Source: Patescibacteria group bacterium | Lineage (GTDB): Bacteria > Patescibacteriota > Patescibacteriia > UBA9934 | DNA length: 64,000 nt | Assembly: GCA_041659765.1 (NCBI GenBank) | Contig: JBAZXR010000001.1 | Coordinates: 182,923 to 246,922, forward strand | Direction of reading: 5' to 3' | Shown: in pieces, positions 62,616-64,000 of the stretch | Position numbering within the stretch: position 1 is the first letter of the stretch | Layout of the letters: every line of letters starts with the position of its first letter | Notes under the pieces: model-generated | What the model was told of the DNA's origin: nothing | Seen by the model: the letters and a program-made list of their open reading frames with translations, nothing else | The model's database searches: none | Made by a program: the position numbers and the translations under genes

Positions 62616-62658
62616 GTCGGGTGAGGCTTCGTGCCGGCAGACTAGCTGCCGGTTTTTT

Positions 62659-63258
62659 TTATGTTTCACTTCTTCCATTCAGTGCACTTGCCAGCGTTAC
62701 TTCGTCTGCATACTCAATATCAGCGCCCATGGGGAGGCCGCGGGCAAGCCTCGTAATCTTTTTGTCGACGCCTTTTAAGAGGCGGCTTAAATATAAAATA
62801 GTAGTTTCGCCATGAACGTCCGGAGAGAAGGCTAAAATAATTTCTTTGATTCCGAGGTCTGCCTTGAGCCGGTCGTTCAGCTGGCGGACGTTCAGTGTGT
62901 CTGGCGTATAGCCGTCGATTGGATTTAACACGCCACCGAGCACGAAGTACCGGCCTTTGTACATGCCGGTCGCCTCAATGGTCGAAATATCTCGCGCTTC
63001 AGCCACGACGCAGAGGACATCGGTTGCACGCCGAGCATCCGAGCAGATATCGCAGATGCTACTTTCGGCGTAGGTAAAACACGTGGTACAGGTAGCCACG
63101 CGTTTGAGGTTTTCGATCGCGCGTGCCACGAGATCGAGCTCGTCCTTTCTCAGATGCAGCAGCGCAAAAACATACCGAAGCGCAGTCTTCGGCCCAACTC
63201 CCGGCAATCGACCCATAGCCGCCATTGCGTTGTGAATTGGAGCGGGGAATTTTCTCAT
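62659..63258 (-). CDS. recR: recombination protein RecR
   Basis: GRLPGVGPKTALRY HhH, C4 zinc finger CTTCFTYAESSICDICSD, Toprim domain. Confidence 0.9.
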   Translation of the reverse strand: MRKFPAPIHNAMAAMGRLPGVGPKTALRYVFALLHLRKDELDLVARAIENLKRVATCTTCFTYAESSICDICSDARRATDVLCVVAEARDISTIEATGMYKGRYFVLGGVLNPIDGYTPDTLNVRQLNDRLKADLGIKEIILAFSPDVHGETTILYLSRLLKGVDKKITRLARGLPMGADIEYADEVTLASALNGRSET

Positions 63259-63452
63259 GCAAATGCATCCATCAGGTGTCAGGTTTCAGGTTTTGGAGCC
63301 TGAACAAAGAATCCAATTTCGTCCCCACTCTGAGCCATGCGAAGAGTCCGACCCTCAGAGGGGAAAGTCGGATCCTTCGCTCTCGCTCAGGATGGGATCC
63401 AATTCAGTAATTCTCCTTCCTTAACCTGACACCTGAAACCTGATGGTTCAGG
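63259..63452. mobile_element. MITE-like palindromic insertion between ybaB and recR (outer inverted CAGGTKT x3 arms enclosing the 73-nt repeat, copy 2 at 63325..63397)
   Basis: Left arm atCAGGTGTCAGGTTTCAGGtttt (63271-63294). Right arm CCTGACACCTGAAACCTGat (63420-63439). Core is the reverse complement of the 49310..49382 element, about 70 of 73 identical. The ybaB-recR gap is unusually long at 194 nt. Confidence 0.55.
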
Positions 63453-63758
63453 TTAGCCTCCGATTCCCTTCATCATATCTCCCAGTGCTCCCATTCCGCC
63501 CATGGCCTGCATTTTTTTCATGAGCTCGCCCTGGAGTTTCTTGTTTACGTCCGTAATGGCTTCTTTGACCCCTTGTTCGGTTCGAGATTTATCGAGTCCT
63601 TCCTCGATTGCAACTCCGAGCACTTCATGGCTGCCGTTCATGGTGATCATGACTTTACCGCCAGCACCAGAGCCAACTATTACAACTTCGTCTAACATGG
63701 CTTTCATCTTCTTGCCTTCGTCACGCATTTCTTTGAATTGTTTCAATTTGTTGAACAT
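63453..63758 (-). CDS. ybaB: nucleoid-associated protein YbaB/EbfC
   Basis: 101 aa. MFNKLKQFKEMRDE...VIVGSGAGGKVMITMNGSHEVLGVAIEEGL..., Gly/Met-rich tail. Confidence 0.85.
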   Translation of the reverse strand: MFNKLKQFKEMRDEGKKMKAMLDEVVIVGSGAGGKVMITMNGSHEVLGVAIEEGLDKSRTEQGVKEAITDVNKKLQGELMKKMQAMGGMGALGDMMKGIGG

Positions 63759-63767
63759 AGGTTTTAA

Positions 63768-64000
63768 TTATACTGGCTTGAAGCCTTTAGGGGGAATACC
63801 GGGAGGGAGGTTGCGGTTTTGGAGATTAGGAGCGGGAGGTTGTTGGTGGTCGGAGGTTGGCGGTTGGGGGAACGGATTCGATGCCGTGGTTGGGGTCGAC
63901 CCATGCGTCGACCCGCCAGCCGACCCTCCTGAATACCGCGTATCCATATTTTTGAATGACGCTCGGGCCGCATCCCAGAAGAGTTTCACCATGCCCGTTG
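63768..64000 (-). CDS. dnaX: partial CDS, probably C-terminal end of DNA polymerase III gamma/tau subunit
   Basis: Position immediately upstream of ybaB-recR (the conserved dnaX-ybaB-recR arrangement). Pro-rich low-complexity C-terminus. Continues beyond the window. Confidence 0.35.
   Translation of the reverse strand, partial: TGMVKLFWDAARASFKNMDTRYSGGSAGGSTHGSTPTTASNPFPQPPTSDHQQPPAPNLQNRNLPPGIPPKGFKPV

Overview
This 64-kb window looks like a small-genome bacterium, and its gene content suggests Patescibacteria/CPR, though I cannot confirm that. About 50% GC, compact, genes on both strands.

Housekeeping genes:
- frr, glyQS, tpiA, pyrH, prs, gpsA, tgt, hup
- rpmG, rpmB, rplU, recR, ybaB and the dnaX 3' end
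- a ClpC-like ATPase, an MraY/WecA-like gene, and an HtrA protease

Surface proteins:
- Four giant or large secreted surface proteins.
- Two substrate-plus-sortase pairs. One sortase homologue has Ser where the catalytic Cys should be.

Transporter and signalling genes:
- A MacAB-like efflux system whose ATPase carries an N-terminal YHS metal-binding domain, next to a NirK-like copper protein.
- A CHASE2 adenylate cyclase with a FecR-like partner.

tRNA genes, read directly from the sequence:
- Thr-GGT, Thr-TGT and Tyr-GTA beside rpmG.
- Trp-CCA.

Region of most interest: tRNA-Trp heads a roughly 6-kb cassette-like array (about 26.95-32.98 kb). It has five short gene modules, each bounded by the same 60-nt box-plus-hairpin repeat. 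That repeat re-uses the last 12 nt of the tRNA and its terminator hairpin.

Other repeat families:
- A long hairpin with an anti-Shine-Dalgarno-like loop, two copies.
- A 73-nt element in two inverted copies. One sits inside a MITE-like palindrome between ybaB and recR.
- Tandem 8-mers (CTTTAYAA) flanking a four-helix-bundle gene.

No CRISPR array and no rRNA genes were seen. Most product calls rest on motif recognition by eye and should be confirmed with HMM searches.
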